Positions 9,432 to 18,701 of a stretch of DNA of 64,000 bases are shown piece after piece. Location: NCBI GenBank assembly GCA_903825395.1, contig CAIKAF010000021.1:25927-89926 (forward strand), written 5' to 3'. A program made the position numbers and the translations under genes. The stretch's first letter is position 1. Each line of letters opens with the position of its first letter. Source of the stretch: an uncultured Flavobacteriales bacterium. Its GTDB lineage: Bacteria; Bacteroidota; Bacteroidia; CAIKAF01. The notes under the pieces were generated by a model that did no database searches, was not told where the DNA came from, and was given only the letters and a program-made list of their open reading frames with translations.

Positions 9432-10307
9432 TTATTTTAAATTAGCCACAACAATGATGGTAGTGACTGAACTGGCCAAAAATCCTAATGCTGTCAAATA
9501 GGGATTAATGGCAGCAAAGAAGGTTTCAATAGGTCGAATTCTAGGTTCAATGTAAACAATGTCGTTGGGCTGTAAGGTCAAATCAGCCATTTTCATTCCT
9601 TCAAGTGTTGAAATGTCCATTAAATATACCTGCGGATCTCTCAAATCGCCCCGAATCACCTTTATTCGATGTGCCTTGCCATTCGGAGAAATACCCCCCG
9701 ACATGGCAATAACTTCAAACAAATTCATATTCTCCAAAAACAAAGGAACAACTTGCGTACCAGACCCAGTTCCATTGAAAAGAAATATTCTCCGATTACC
9801 GACGCCCACCTGAACAAAAGGATTTTTAATTTCCAATTCCTTATACAACCCTTCCAAATAGGCCTCTGCCTCTCTATTTGTCATGCCAGCTAAAGGTACT
9901 CGACCTACAATCGGAAGCTTACAGGTTCCGTCAAATTCAACCAGGGCTGAGAACCCTCCACCTCCCATTCCCACTCCTCCGTTCATTCCCATGCCTCCGT
10001 TCATTCCCATACCTGCACCCATACCTCCACCAATGCCACCATTTATTCCCATACCCCCATTCATTCCAAATCCACCATTGCTAATCATTGGCGCCCCATA
10101 ATCTCCCAAAATGGAAAAATTCAACACATCATTTACAGCCAAACGATATACCGTATCTACTTTTTCAGGAATTTCATCGAACTGATAATTGGCCGGAGTC
10201 CGTAACATGAAATTAGGCTGAAAAACCCTACAACCACTGCCTCCAATAAGCAGTGCCATGGCCAACATTCCTAAAATGATTTTAGACCTTAATTTCATGA
10301 ACAACAT
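9432..10307 (-). CDS. wza: Polysaccharide export lipoprotein (Wza/Poly_export + SLBB)
   Basis: Lipobox GGSGC, YRLAVNDVL, DGTCKLPIVG and LQPNDIVYIEP. The start is probably 10307 or 10298; a TACATTTG promoter lies just upstream. Confidence 0.85.
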   Translation of the reverse strand: MLFMKLRSKIILGMLAMALLIGGSGCRVFQPNFMLRTPANYQFDEIPEKVDTVYRLAVNDVLNFSILGDYGAPMISNGGFGMNGGMGINGGIGGGMGAGMGMNGGMGMNGGVGMGGGGFSALVEFDGTCKLPIVGRVPLAGMTNREAEAYLEGLYKELEIKNPFVQVGVGNRRIFLFNGTGSGTQVVPLFLENMNLFEVIAMSGGISPNGKAHRIKVIRGDLRDPQVYLMDISTLEGMKMADLTLQPNDIVYIEPRIRPIETFFAAINPYLTALGFLASSVTTIIVVANLK

Positions 10308-10329
10308 ATTCCCGCAAATGTAGGAATTA

Positions 10330-11559
10330 TTAATGTGCTTCAATGGCATTCAGCACGCTATAATTGATTCCTTTTTCAACAAGCAATTCCTCATACAATG
10401 ATTTAACATCGGTCACCAACCTGGAATAGTGGAACCGCTGACTAACCCAATCCCAGCCTAAGTCCCCCATAGAAACCCGCAATTGTTGATCTGAAATTAA
10501 GGCCAACATGTGCTGGACGAATCCATTTAAATCTCCAGGCTCCGCCAACAAGGCCGTTTTCCCAGGCAAAACCACATTTTCAATTCCCCCAACACGCGTT
10601 GATACAATCGGTTTTCCTGAGGCCTGAGCCTCAATTAAACTTACTGGTGTTCCTTCGTTTAAAGAAGTTAAAGCTATAATATCCAATCCCGCATTAATTA
10701 CATCCACATCCTTCTGCCAACCTGCAAATACAACATCTGCATCCTTCGCCTTTTCTGGACTCGAGGCATGAATTAGCCCCAATGCATCGCAGACTTTTTC
10801 CAGTTCGTTTCTAAGCTCACCATCGCCCACCAAAATTGCTTTAATTCGTTTAAACGAACTTCGTTTTGCTTGAGCAAATGCCTGCAAAAAGAAGGTATGG
10901 TTTTTTATTGGAACCAATCTGCCAATTATTCCAATGGCTATTTCATCCGGAGCTATTTGAAAGGATCGGCGGAAAGCAATTCGCTTGTCATGCCGATTCT
11001 CTTGGAATCTGAACAAATCGAATCCCAATGGTATTACCGTTACTTTTTCTGAAGAACAAATGCGGTGCTCTTCTACCAATTCTGTTTTCTGAAGGTCCGA
11101 TAAGGCGATAATCCGGTCTGTCCGACGGGCCAATCGCCGTTCCACCGATTTGAAAAAATGGGTCTTCGCCTTATTGAAATAGGAATGAAAAACATGACCA
11201 TGAAAGGTATGCACTACAATCGGTACATTGCAGGCAAAAGCGGCCATACGCCCCAATCCCCCCGCCTTTGAGGCATGAGTATGAACAATGTCCGGCTTAA
11301 AACGCTCAATAATGGATTTTATCTTGAAATAGGCCTTGATGTCATTGTTGTAGTGGAGAGACCTCTGCATCTCAGGTATCAATAGGGGATGAACTCCCAC
11401 TTGCCTCAATATGAAATCCGAAGAATCTTCACTATCCTCTTTTTGACCACCCACCAAAAGTGAGGTATATTCCGCACCCAAATGCTTGGTTAAATAGGCC
11501 GCATTGTAGGTGGGCCCTCCCAAGTTAAATCGGTTGATGATGCGTAAAACTCTTGGCAT
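10330..11559 (-). CDS. Glycosyltransferase family 4
   Basis: Motifs PDIVHTH, GRLVPIKNH and EGTPVSLIEAQASGKP. Confidence 0.9.
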   Translation of the reverse strand: MPRVLRIINRFNLGGPTYNAAYLTKHLGAEYTSLLVGGQKEDSEDSSDFILRQVGVHPLLIPEMQRSLHYNNDIKAYFKIKSIIERFKPDIVHTHASKAGGLGRMAAFACNVPIVVHTFHGHVFHSYFNKAKTHFFKSVERRLARRTDRIIALSDLQKTELVEEHRICSSEKVTVIPLGFDLFRFQENRHDKRIAFRRSFQIAPDEIAIGIIGRLVPIKNHTFFLQAFAQAKRSSFKRIKAILVGDGELRNELEKVCDALGLIHASSPEKAKDADVVFAGWQKDVDVINAGLDIIALTSLNEGTPVSLIEAQASGKPIVSTRVGGIENVVLPGKTALLAEPGDLNGFVQHMLALISDQQLRVSMGDLGWDWVSQRFHYSRLVTDVKSLYEELLVEKGINYSVLNAIEAH

Positions 11560-11606
11560 TTTCCAAATTTTGGAATTATTTCCAAATTTAAAACAAAAAT
11601 AGATTT

Positions 11607-13496
11607 TTATTGGGATATTGTTTTGTCAAACCAGGTTTGCCAAACAAATAAACTCCATAATTTGAAATGCAATTCCCCGGGATCCTTGCTATCAAGCCGC
11701 TGTAGCTCAAGAGCTACAAGTTCTGGATTTAATATTTTTTGTGTTTTTATTTTTTCAAGGTCTAGGGTTTCTTTCAACAACCCTTTCAGCTCTCCACGAA
11801 ACCAAGGAAGCAATGGAACTTCAAATCCTTGCTTTCTTCGCTGCCAAATTTCTTGAGGCAATTCTTGCTTGAATGCATCAATTAAGAGCTTTTTCTTTCT
11901 TTTACCATCAATTTTAAATGATCTAGGCAACGCATGTACATATTGAACGAGTCTGTAGTCCAATAAAGGGACCCGAACTTCTAAAGAATTGGCCATACTC
12001 ATTAAATCAACCTTGGTAAGCATGTCAAATGGCAATACCAAGCGCAAATCAGCCTCTAAAACGGCATTGAAATCGAGTTCCAATGTTCCCCGACCATCGA
12101 TCAAAGGGCGCAACACATCAAGTTCACGCTCAACCAAATCAGGCTGCAACAACAATGCGTCAACCCAGGCATCATCAACCACACCCGCCCAAGCTCTATA
12201 CCTGTCAAATGCACTCTTTTGCCTTCCCTCATAAAATTTATTGATTTGCCGAATGGTGTTGCCCAGCTTGCCACTCCGACTGCCTTTGAAATTTTTGGTC
12301 AATGGATGAGCAAGGATAGCCAAACTGCGCTTTACTATGTCGTTCCGAATGGCCCATTCACCGGCATGCTTATGATATCCACTAAACAATTCGTCCCCGC
12401 CATCTCCAGACAATGCAACGGTAACGTGCTTTTTAGTCTCCTTCGATAATATAAATACTGGAAGAGCCGAACTGTCAGCAAATGGCATATCCAATTGTTG
12501 AAGCATTTCGGGAACATGACTCAATAAATCTTGATTGCATAACCTAAAGGTGGTGTGGTCTGTTCCATACAGTTTTGCTATATGCTCCGCATGCCTTGTT
12601 TCATCAAAGTAAGGTTGATCTTTAAAGCCAATGCTAAAGGTATGAAGCCCTTTTACCCGCTTTGCCGCTACAGAAACTACAATACTCGAATCTACACCTC
12701 CACTTAAAAAACTTCCCAAGGGTACATCCGAAACCAAGCGATCTGTTACGGAATCTTCTACCATTTTTTTTACTTGAATGCAGGCTTGTTCGTACGAGGG
12801 AATAGTGCTACTTCCTTCGCTCAACGTTTCCGGAAAACTCCACCACGCTATTGGCTGTCCAAAACCTTGCTCACTCAATTCCACCCAATGACCCGGCATT
12901 AATTGGTGCCCATTTCTAAATATGGAAAGTGGACCTGGAATATAACCCATCCGAAAGTAGGCACGTACTGCTGTCGGATTAATGTCTGGCCCCATCCCTA
13001 AAAAACGTAAAGCTTTATGTTCTGAACCGAAAAAATACCCTTGTTCTGTACTGCAAAGCCAAAGGGGTTTTATCCCCATTCGATCTCTACCCAACAAACA
13101 CACTTTTCTACTTCGATCAAAAAATGCAAACGCAAAAAAACCATTTAACCGAGGTAACAATTCGTTTCCCCATTGGATCAGACCAACCAATAAAACTTCC
13201 GTATCGCTTTCTGTCTTGAAGGAACGCCCCAAAGCTTCCAACTCAGTCCGAATTCTCCTGAAATTGTAGATTTCACCATTGTAGACTAAGGAATACCTCC
13301 CACAAGAGCTATTCATGGGTTGCTGAGCAGCTGAACTTAAATCTATTATGGCCAATCGAGCATGGCCCAAAAACCAGTTTTCAAAAAAAGCAACCTGCTG
13401 ATGGTCTGGTCCGCGAAGCTTTAGAGACTGAATCGAAGCTTCGGCAGCTGAAACGTTAATGGTTTCTTTAAAAAAACCGCCCGTTATACCACACAC
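11607..13496 (-). CDS. asnB: Asparagine synthase (glutamine-hydrolysing) family amidotransferase
   Basis: N-terminal CGI (GTG start), RGPD, YNGEIYN, LSGGVDSS and SGDGGDELF. Its position in the polysaccharide locus suggests sugar amidation. Confidence 0.9.
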   Translation of the reverse strand: MCGITGGFFKETINVSAAEASIQSLKLRGPDHQQVAFFENWFLGHARLAIIDLSSAAQQPMNSSCGRYSLVYNGEIYNFRRIRTELEALGRSFKTESDTEVLLVGLIQWGNELLPRLNGFFAFAFFDRSRKVCLLGRDRMGIKPLWLCSTEQGYFFGSEHKALRFLGMGPDINPTAVRAYFRMGYIPGPLSIFRNGHQLMPGHWVELSEQGFGQPIAWWSFPETLSEGSSTIPSYEQACIQVKKMVEDSVTDRLVSDVPLGSFLSGGVDSSIVVSVAAKRVKGLHTFSIGFKDQPYFDETRHAEHIAKLYGTDHTTFRLCNQDLLSHVPEMLQQLDMPFADSSALPVFILSKETKKHVTVALSGDGGDELFSGYHKHAGEWAIRNDIVKRSLAILAHPLTKNFKGSRSGKLGNTIRQINKFYEGRQKSAFDRYRAWAGVVDDAWVDALLLQPDLVERELDVLRPLIDGRGTLELDFNAVLEADLRLVLPFDMLTKVDLMSMANSLEVRVPLLDYRLVQYVHALPRSFKIDGKRKKKLLIDAFKQELPQEIWQRRKQGFEVPLLPWFRGELKGLLKETLDLEKIKTQKILNPELVALELQRLDSKDPGELHFKLWSLFVWQTWFDKTISQ

Positions 13497-13508
13497 GCCA
13501 GAAACGAA

Positions 13509-14897
13509 TCACAAATGAATTACCTCACCATACGCAGCGGCTGCGGCCTCCATGACTGCTTCTGACATGGTAGGGTGGGGGTGAATGGCAGTGATGATTT
13601 CATGCCCGGTCGTCTCTAGTTTACGAGCCATTACAATTTCGGCAATCATTTCTGTCACATTGGCTCCCACCATATGCGCTCCAAGCAATTCACCATATTT
13701 TTCGTCAAAAATTAATTTGACAAAGCCGTCTTTGGCTCCAGCAGCGCTGGCTTTTCCAGAAGCACTAAAGGGGAATTTTCCAACCTTAATGGAATATCCT
13801 GCCTCTTTCGCTGATTTTTCGGTATATCCAACCGAAGCAACTTCCGGATAGGTGTATGTGCATCCAGGAATATTGGTGTAATCAATGGGATGTGGATTTT
13901 TCCCAGCTATTTTTTCAATGCAAACAATGGCTTCATGCGACGCCAAATGAGCTAGGGCCGGACCAGGAATTAGATCTCCAATGGCATATACCCCCGAAAC
14001 GTTGGTTTCATAGAATTCATTCACCAGTACTTTTCCCCGTTCTGTTTTAATTCCAACCTTTTCAATCCCCAAATGTTCAATGTTGGCTTCAATACCAACC
14101 GCAGATAACACTACGTCAGCAACCAACGTCTCTTTCTTTCCATCTTTTGATACCACAACTTCAACCTCTTTTCCTTTTACCGATGCCTTTTCTACAGTTG
14201 TGCCCGTCCGTATTTCTATGCCCTGCTTTTTGAAAATCTTCTCCATGGTTTTTGAAGATTCCTCATCCTCTACAGGAAGGATGTTGGGCATGTACTCAAT
14301 TAAGGTAACTTTCGTTCCTATGGCATTATAGAAATAGGAAAACTCACTACCTATTGCACCCGAACCCACTACAATCATTCGCTTGGGCTGCTCCTTCAAG
14401 GTCATAGCCTCACGGTATCCAATTATGCGTTCTCCGTCTTGAGGTATGCTATCAATTTTTCTCGACCGTGCTCCAGTTGCCAAAACAATGTGCTTGGCCT
14501 GATATAACACAGATTTACCCTCTGAATCAGTAACGGTTACAGCCCCTTTCCCCTCTAGTTTTCCTGACCCCATGATGACCTCAATTTTGTTTTTCCGCAT
14601 CAGGAATTGTACTCCCTTAGACATTCCATCGGCGACTTGTCTGGAACGCGAAATCATATCTCCAAATTGGGCTTCAATTTCTTTCACTTTTATGCCATAC
14701 TCTCCAGCATGTTTCAAGTAATCAAACACCTGAGCACTTTTTAAAAGAGCTTTGGTTGGAATACAACCCCAATTCAAACATATTCCACCCAAATTTTCAC
14801 GCTCAACCACAGCCACCTTTAAACCAAGTTGGGCCGCACGAATGGCTGCCACATACCCCCCAGGACCACTTCCAATTACCAAAACATCGTAGATCAT
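13509..14897 (-). CDS. lpdA: Dihydrolipoamide dehydrogenase
   Basis: Motifs GSGPGG, GGICLNWGCIPTK and HPHPTMSE. Confidence 0.96.
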   Translation of the reverse strand: MIYDVLVIGSGPGGYVAAIRAAQLGLKVAVVERENLGGICLNWGCIPTKALLKSAQVFDYLKHAGEYGIKVKEIEAQFGDMISRSRQVADGMSKGVQFLMRKNKIEVIMGSGKLEGKGAVTVTDSEGKSVLYQAKHIVLATGARSRKIDSIPQDGERIIGYREAMTLKEQPKRMIVVGSGAIGSEFSYFYNAIGTKVTLIEYMPNILPVEDEESSKTMEKIFKKQGIEIRTGTTVEKASVKGKEVEVVVSKDGKKETLVADVVLSAVGIEANIEHLGIEKVGIKTERGKVLVNEFYETNVSGVYAIGDLIPGPALAHLASHEAIVCIEKIAGKNPHPIDYTNIPGCTYTYPEVASVGYTEKSAKEAGYSIKVGKFPFSASGKASAAGAKDGFVKLIFDEKYGELLGAHMVGANVTEMIAEIVMARKLETTGHEIITAIHPHPTMSEAVMEAAAAAYGEVIHL

Positions 14898-15060
14898 TTC
14901 TTTTCAATTTTAGACCGCTAAAGTACATATTTTAAACCGAATTGTAGGGAATGCTTCCCCACAGGGTTGGGTAAAACCTGGATATGATTTAGGACCTTCC
15001 CCCTTTAATCTAAGTGGTTCAAGATGTTTCCGCTTATCTTTGGACTCAATATCAAAACGA

Positions 15061-15579
15061 ATGAACCTACTGAAGTACACCTTAGAGATGAAATGGGCCA
15101 TCTTTTTCAACGTTATTTTATTAGCTTGGATGGTATTTGAACGAGTTTCAGGTTGGCACGATACGCACATTCACTTGCACCAAACCAGAACAAATCTTTT
15201 CGCCATTCCTGCTATCTTAATGTATTTGTTCGCGCTTTTAGATTTTAAACGGGATACTGCTTTTTTGCATCTGCCCTTTAAAATGGGTTTTTTATTTGGA
15301 TTCCGAACTACTCTTTTCATTACGGTACTTAGTCCATTTATGCAATTGATTGTCAGCTACGTCATTACTCCCCATTTTTTTGACAATGCCATTCAATATT
15401 CTGTGTCTAGCGGGTATTTCAGCCTTCCCGAAGCTGAAGCCTATTTTAATATTAAAAGTTACCTGATGATGAGTGTTATTGGCTCTCTAATTATGGGTAT
15501 AGCAACTTCAGCTCTCGTTTCAGGTTGCTTTTCTCTGTTTCAATTGATTAAAAAATCAGCCCATGGAAAAGTATCGTGA
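15061..15579 (+). CDS. DUF4199-like membrane protein
   Basis: Four TM helices; EMKWAI..GWHDTHI and VITPHFFDNAIQY resemble DUF4199. ATG at 15061. Confidence 0.65.
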   Translation: MNLLKYTLEMKWAIFFNVILLAWMVFERVSGWHDTHIHLHQTRTNLFAIPAILMYLFALLDFKRDTAFLHLPFKMGFLFGFRTTLFITVLSPFMQLIVSYVITPHFFDNAIQYSVSSGYFSLPEAEAYFNIKSYLMMSVIGSLIMGIATSALVSGCFSLFQLIKKSAHGKVS

Positions 15580-16210
15580 AAACGGACCATTTTATTCCTT
15601 TGAGGGACATACCCCTTCTATTCACCCCACAGCGTTTGTACACCCTTCTGCATCGGTGATTGGTCGCGTTTGGATTGGCGAGGACGTTTTTATCGGCCCT
15701 GGAGCCGTGCTCCGCGGAGATTTCGGTAGTATTGAAGTTGAAGCAGGTGCCAACATTCAAGACAATTGTGTGGTTCATATGTTCCCGGGCGACACGGTTC
15801 GCATTTTAGAAGGAGCACACGTCGGACATGCTGCCGTGGTGCATGGAGCTCTGGTGGGCAAAAATGTCCTTATTGGCATGTCCTCTGTTCTTATGGATAA
15901 GGTTGAAATTGGCGACGAATCCATCGTTGGCGCCCTTTCGTTTGTTCCAACCGGAATGAAAATTCCAAGCAGAAAACTGCTGCTAGGAAATCCCGCAAGA
16001 ATCATCAAAGATGTTTCTCCAGAAATGCTGGAATGGAAAACACTCGGCACGCTATTGTACCAAAAACTACCCGCAGCCTGCCAGCAATCTTTGTCTTCAG
16101 TCCCACCAAGAATAATGGAATCCAACCCGGGATTTTCGCTCGACCATGGCCTGGCTGATACAGAATATAAAATTTGGAAAGAAAGTCAATCAAAAACCGA
16201 TAACAACTGA
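15563..16210 (+). CDS. Gamma-carbonic anhydrase / PaaY-CaiE family hexapeptide protein
   Basis: Left-handed beta-helix repeats with LRGD, NIQDNCVVH and GHAAVVHG. Confidence 0.88.
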   Translation: MEKYRENGPFYSFEGHTPSIHPTAFVHPSASVIGRVWIGEDVFIGPGAVLRGDFGSIEVEAGANIQDNCVVHMFPGDTVRILEGAHVGHAAVVHGALVGKNVLIGMSSVLMDKVEIGDESIVGALSFVPTGMKIPSRKLLLGNPARIIKDVSPEMLEWKTLGTLLYQKLPAACQQSLSSVPPRIMESNPGFSLDHGLADTEYKIWKESQSKTDNN

Positions 16211-16317
16211 GCCATTTCAACTCCATGGTTTATTTTTGGCATTCTTTTTGGAATTACCCAACAGCTTTAACTACTGCATTGCTTTTAAAACCTTTATAAC
16301 TAATAACAAACACCACC

Positions 16318-17436
16318 ATGCGTTCAATCTACTTTTTAATTTTCTCGGTGCTCTTCCTTCCTGTTTTTTCATGGGCACAACCTTGTACTACTCCGATGTC
16401 AAATGCAGCATTCCAACAAGGTTTGGCTCGAGTCAAAACTGCAGGTTCAGAATTGGGTATGAGCCAATCCGCAGCCTTGTTGGCCAATCAATGCCTAAGC
16501 TCAGCCCAAGTAAAGGCCATTGTCCTACTTCTTCCTTCAGATCAAAGCAAGTATGATTTTGCTCTTATGGCATTTTCTAAAACGGTAGATAAGGTGAATT
16601 TTTATGACGTTTACGACGGTTTCGCATATTTTTCAACTGTTTTCAGACTCCACGATGCCACTGCAACCATTGGTCAACCAACCCCCCAACCCGAACCAAC
16701 TAAAATTGACTTCAAACAATCTAAAATGGTTGTAGAGTCCCCGAAAAAACGAAACTGGCCCGCTCTTGGATACCCTTCCATCGATAATTATCTAGGCAAT
16801 ACCGGCTGCATTGAGCCCATGCCCGAATCGGATTTTGATGAATTAACCAGGGACCTCCCTGCGACGGTTGCAGAAGATCAAGCCCAACGCCTTTGCCGCT
16901 CATTGATTGAAAAGAAACAATGCCTTTCTACTGCACAGATCATGAAGCTGTCCACTCTTATGAACCAACAGCAAAATCGCTTGAATTTCTTTAAAGATGC
17001 GATTAATATTGTATACGATGAAGACAATTATGCCCGCTGTGGCGATGCCCTCACTTTACCCAATTTGAAACGCGATTTCAGTATGTTCATCAATGGGCGT
17101 CCTTCTCCCAATGAACCCGCTACTCCAGCCACTCCAGCCTGCTCTGTCTCCGCTCAAGAACAAAAAGAAATGATAGACGAATTATCAAAAATTGCTTTTT
17201 CAAATACCAAATCAACGGTGGCTAGACAAGTTATTGCTTCCAAAAAATGCTTCACAACAGCTCAAATTATGGAAGTTCTTAATCTGTTTTCTTTTGAACA
17301 AGATAAACTCAATATGGCGAAATATGCCTACGCCTTCTGCATTGATAAAGGCAATTACTTTAAAATAAACAGTTTGTTCTCGTACAGCTCAAGCAAAGAA
17401 GAGCTAACTCGGTTTGTAAGTAACGCCGGACAATAA
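16318..17436 (+). CDS. Secreted protein with three DUF4476-like domains
   Basis: Signal peptide and three repeats containing C(L/F)(S/T)(S/T)AQ(V/I)...D..N(Y/F). Confidence 0.7.
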   Translation: MRSIYFLIFSVLFLPVFSWAQPCTTPMSNAAFQQGLARVKTAGSELGMSQSAALLANQCLSSAQVKAIVLLLPSDQSKYDFALMAFSKTVDKVNFYDVYDGFAYFSTVFRLHDATATIGQPTPQPEPTKIDFKQSKMVVESPKKRNWPALGYPSIDNYLGNTGCIEPMPESDFDELTRDLPATVAEDQAQRLCRSLIEKKQCLSTAQIMKLSTLMNQQQNRLNFFKDAINIVYDEDNYARCGDALTLPNLKRDFSMFINGRPSPNEPATPATPACSVSAQEQKEMIDELSKIAFSNTKSTVARQVIASKKCFTTAQIMEVLNLFSFEQDKLNMAKYAYAFCIDKGNYFKINSLFSYSSSKEELTRFVSNAGQ

Positions 17437-17444
17437 CCTTAGGT

Positions 17445-17951
17445 ATGCAGACGCCTCCCTCATTACCTCTTAAAGACCGACCATTTGATCGGTTTTTTAT
17501 GCTGGTTTTTACGCTGTTCTTTATCACCTCCATGATTTCAGATTCCATCCCTACTATTTTGGGAGAACCTATGGCGGCCGATAGCCCCAATATTTTGGTG
17601 CGATGGAACTATGCCTATGCCTACCAATGTGATCCACTTTTCTTAAATCCACCACACTGGATGCGCATGGTTACTGGCCTTAGCGCTTTCGTTTACGGCC
17701 CCTTTTATCTGGTTTTAGTATATGCCATCTGGAAAGGGCTAAATTGGATTCATGTTCCTGCTATTATGTATGCTACTGCAATCTCGGTGATAACAGGTGT
17801 TATCGTTTTTGGAGTTGAATTTTTTGGGGAACCAGAATGGCGCTGCCAAAATCCAGCCCGATTCCTTCCTCTAAATTTACCTTATGTGCTGATCCCCTTT
17901 TTGTTACTCATCCGTATGAGAAAACCATTTCCCTTTTCACGAAAATTTTAG
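17445..17951 (+). CDS. EXPERA/EBP-family (TMEM97-like) membrane protein
   Basis: Four TM segments with 'Y...DPLFLNPPHW', 'PFYLVLVYAIWKG' and 'NLPYVLIP'. Confidence 0.65.
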   Translation: MQTPPSLPLKDRPFDRFFMLVFTLFFITSMISDSIPTILGEPMAADSPNILVRWNYAYAYQCDPLFLNPPHWMRMVTGLSAFVYGPFYLVLVYAIWKGLNWIHVPAIMYATAISVITGVIVFGVEFFGEPEWRCQNPARFLPLNLPYVLIPFLLLIRMRKPFPFSRKF

Positions 17952-17973
17952 TGGTTTTTTTAAGGGAAGGATT

Positions 17974-18002
17974 TTGCAACGTAAAAAAAAGCCCTACATT
18001 TG
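17974..18002 (+). promoter_or_regulatory. Promoter of tRNA-Asp
   Basis: TTG-18nt-TACATTTG. Confidence 0.65.
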
Positions 18003-18041
18003 CACTCCCGATTTCAGTTGAAATCATGTTCTTTTTATAAT

Positions 18042-18115
18042 GGTCCGGTAGTTCAGTTGGTTAGAATACATGCCTGTCACGCATGGGGTCGCGGGTTCGA
18101 GTCCCGTCCGGACCG
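18042..18115 (+). tRNA. tRNA-Asp(GTC)
   Basis: Cloverleaf with GGTCCGG/CCGGACC acceptor stem, anticodon loop CTGTCAC and T-loop GTTCGAG. CCA is not encoded. Confidence 0.97.
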
Positions 18116-18117
18116 CT

Positions 18118-18149
18118 AAAACTTCAAGGTTTCCCTTGGAGTTTTTTTT
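18118..18149 (+). terminator. Intrinsic terminator after tRNA-Asp
   Basis: AAAACTTCAAGG-TTTC-CCTTGGAGTTTT followed by a U-tract. Confidence 0.75.
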
Positions 18150-18155
18150 GTTTTA

Positions 18156-18298
18156 GGGCGGGTACGGGCTTTCAGAGCTAGTCCGCGGTTCATGATTCGG
18201 ACTGCAGTGGCTTTAGGGTAGCTCCCAAGGTCGCTCCCTAAAGCGCACGCAGCCCAGAATCATGTCCCTTTCGGGCTAGCATCTTCAATCCCTCCCGC
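18156..18298 (+). repeat. Constant-length hairpin element, copy 2
   Basis: GGGCGGG..CGGGCTTTC..GCTAG...AGC-TCCCAAGGTC-GCT...CTAGC..TCAATCCCTCCCGC. Arms CATGATTC/GAATCATG and GCTTTAGGG/CCCTAAAGC. Confidence 0.9.
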
Positions 18299-18697
18299 GG
18301 CGGCCCCACTAGTTTTAACCAAATGAAACAGCATGTGCCTGTTTTCGGCATCCAAATACAAGGGGAATTTTAAGTTTTTCCCTGCATCAAGACTAGATAG
18401 GGTGCTTACCCAATGCCCCTCTAATGATAAAAATGGGGCAACCTTAAGCGCCTTCTCAAACGCCTCTACTTCTTCACTACGTAAATCAATCATCCATAAG
18501 GTCGGACCTGCAGCTATGCCGGTCACAGCATTAAAACTACTCCGAACCTCACGCAATTCCACCCAAAATCCTTTTGAATAACAGGCCAATAAAAACGCCT
18601 CAGCAGCCTCTTTATTGGTGTATTCTCCAATGCAGACCCAGGGGGGCTGCTGAATCCCTAAAAAATGAATTATCAAATTTTTAAAACCCGCCAGCAT
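18260..18697 (-). CDS. Hypothetical protein; the 3' end reads into repeat copy 2
   Basis: ATG ORF 4 nt downstream of the preceding gene; no recognisable motif. Confidence 0.5.
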   Translation of the reverse strand: MLAGFKNLIIHFLGIQQPPWVCIGEYTNKEAAEAFLLACYSKGFWVELREVRSSFNAVTGIAAGPTLWMIDLRSEEVEAFEKALKVAPFLSLEGHWVSTLSSLDAGKNLKFPLYLDAENRHMLFHLVKTSGAAAGGIEDASPKGT

Positions 18698-18701
18698 TCC
18701 C

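Noticed and set aside
5262..13496. Polysaccharide block as a horizontally acquired island
   Set aside because: There is no integrase, boundary repeat or obvious compositional break, and it is co-oriented and tightly packed with lpdA and uvrA.
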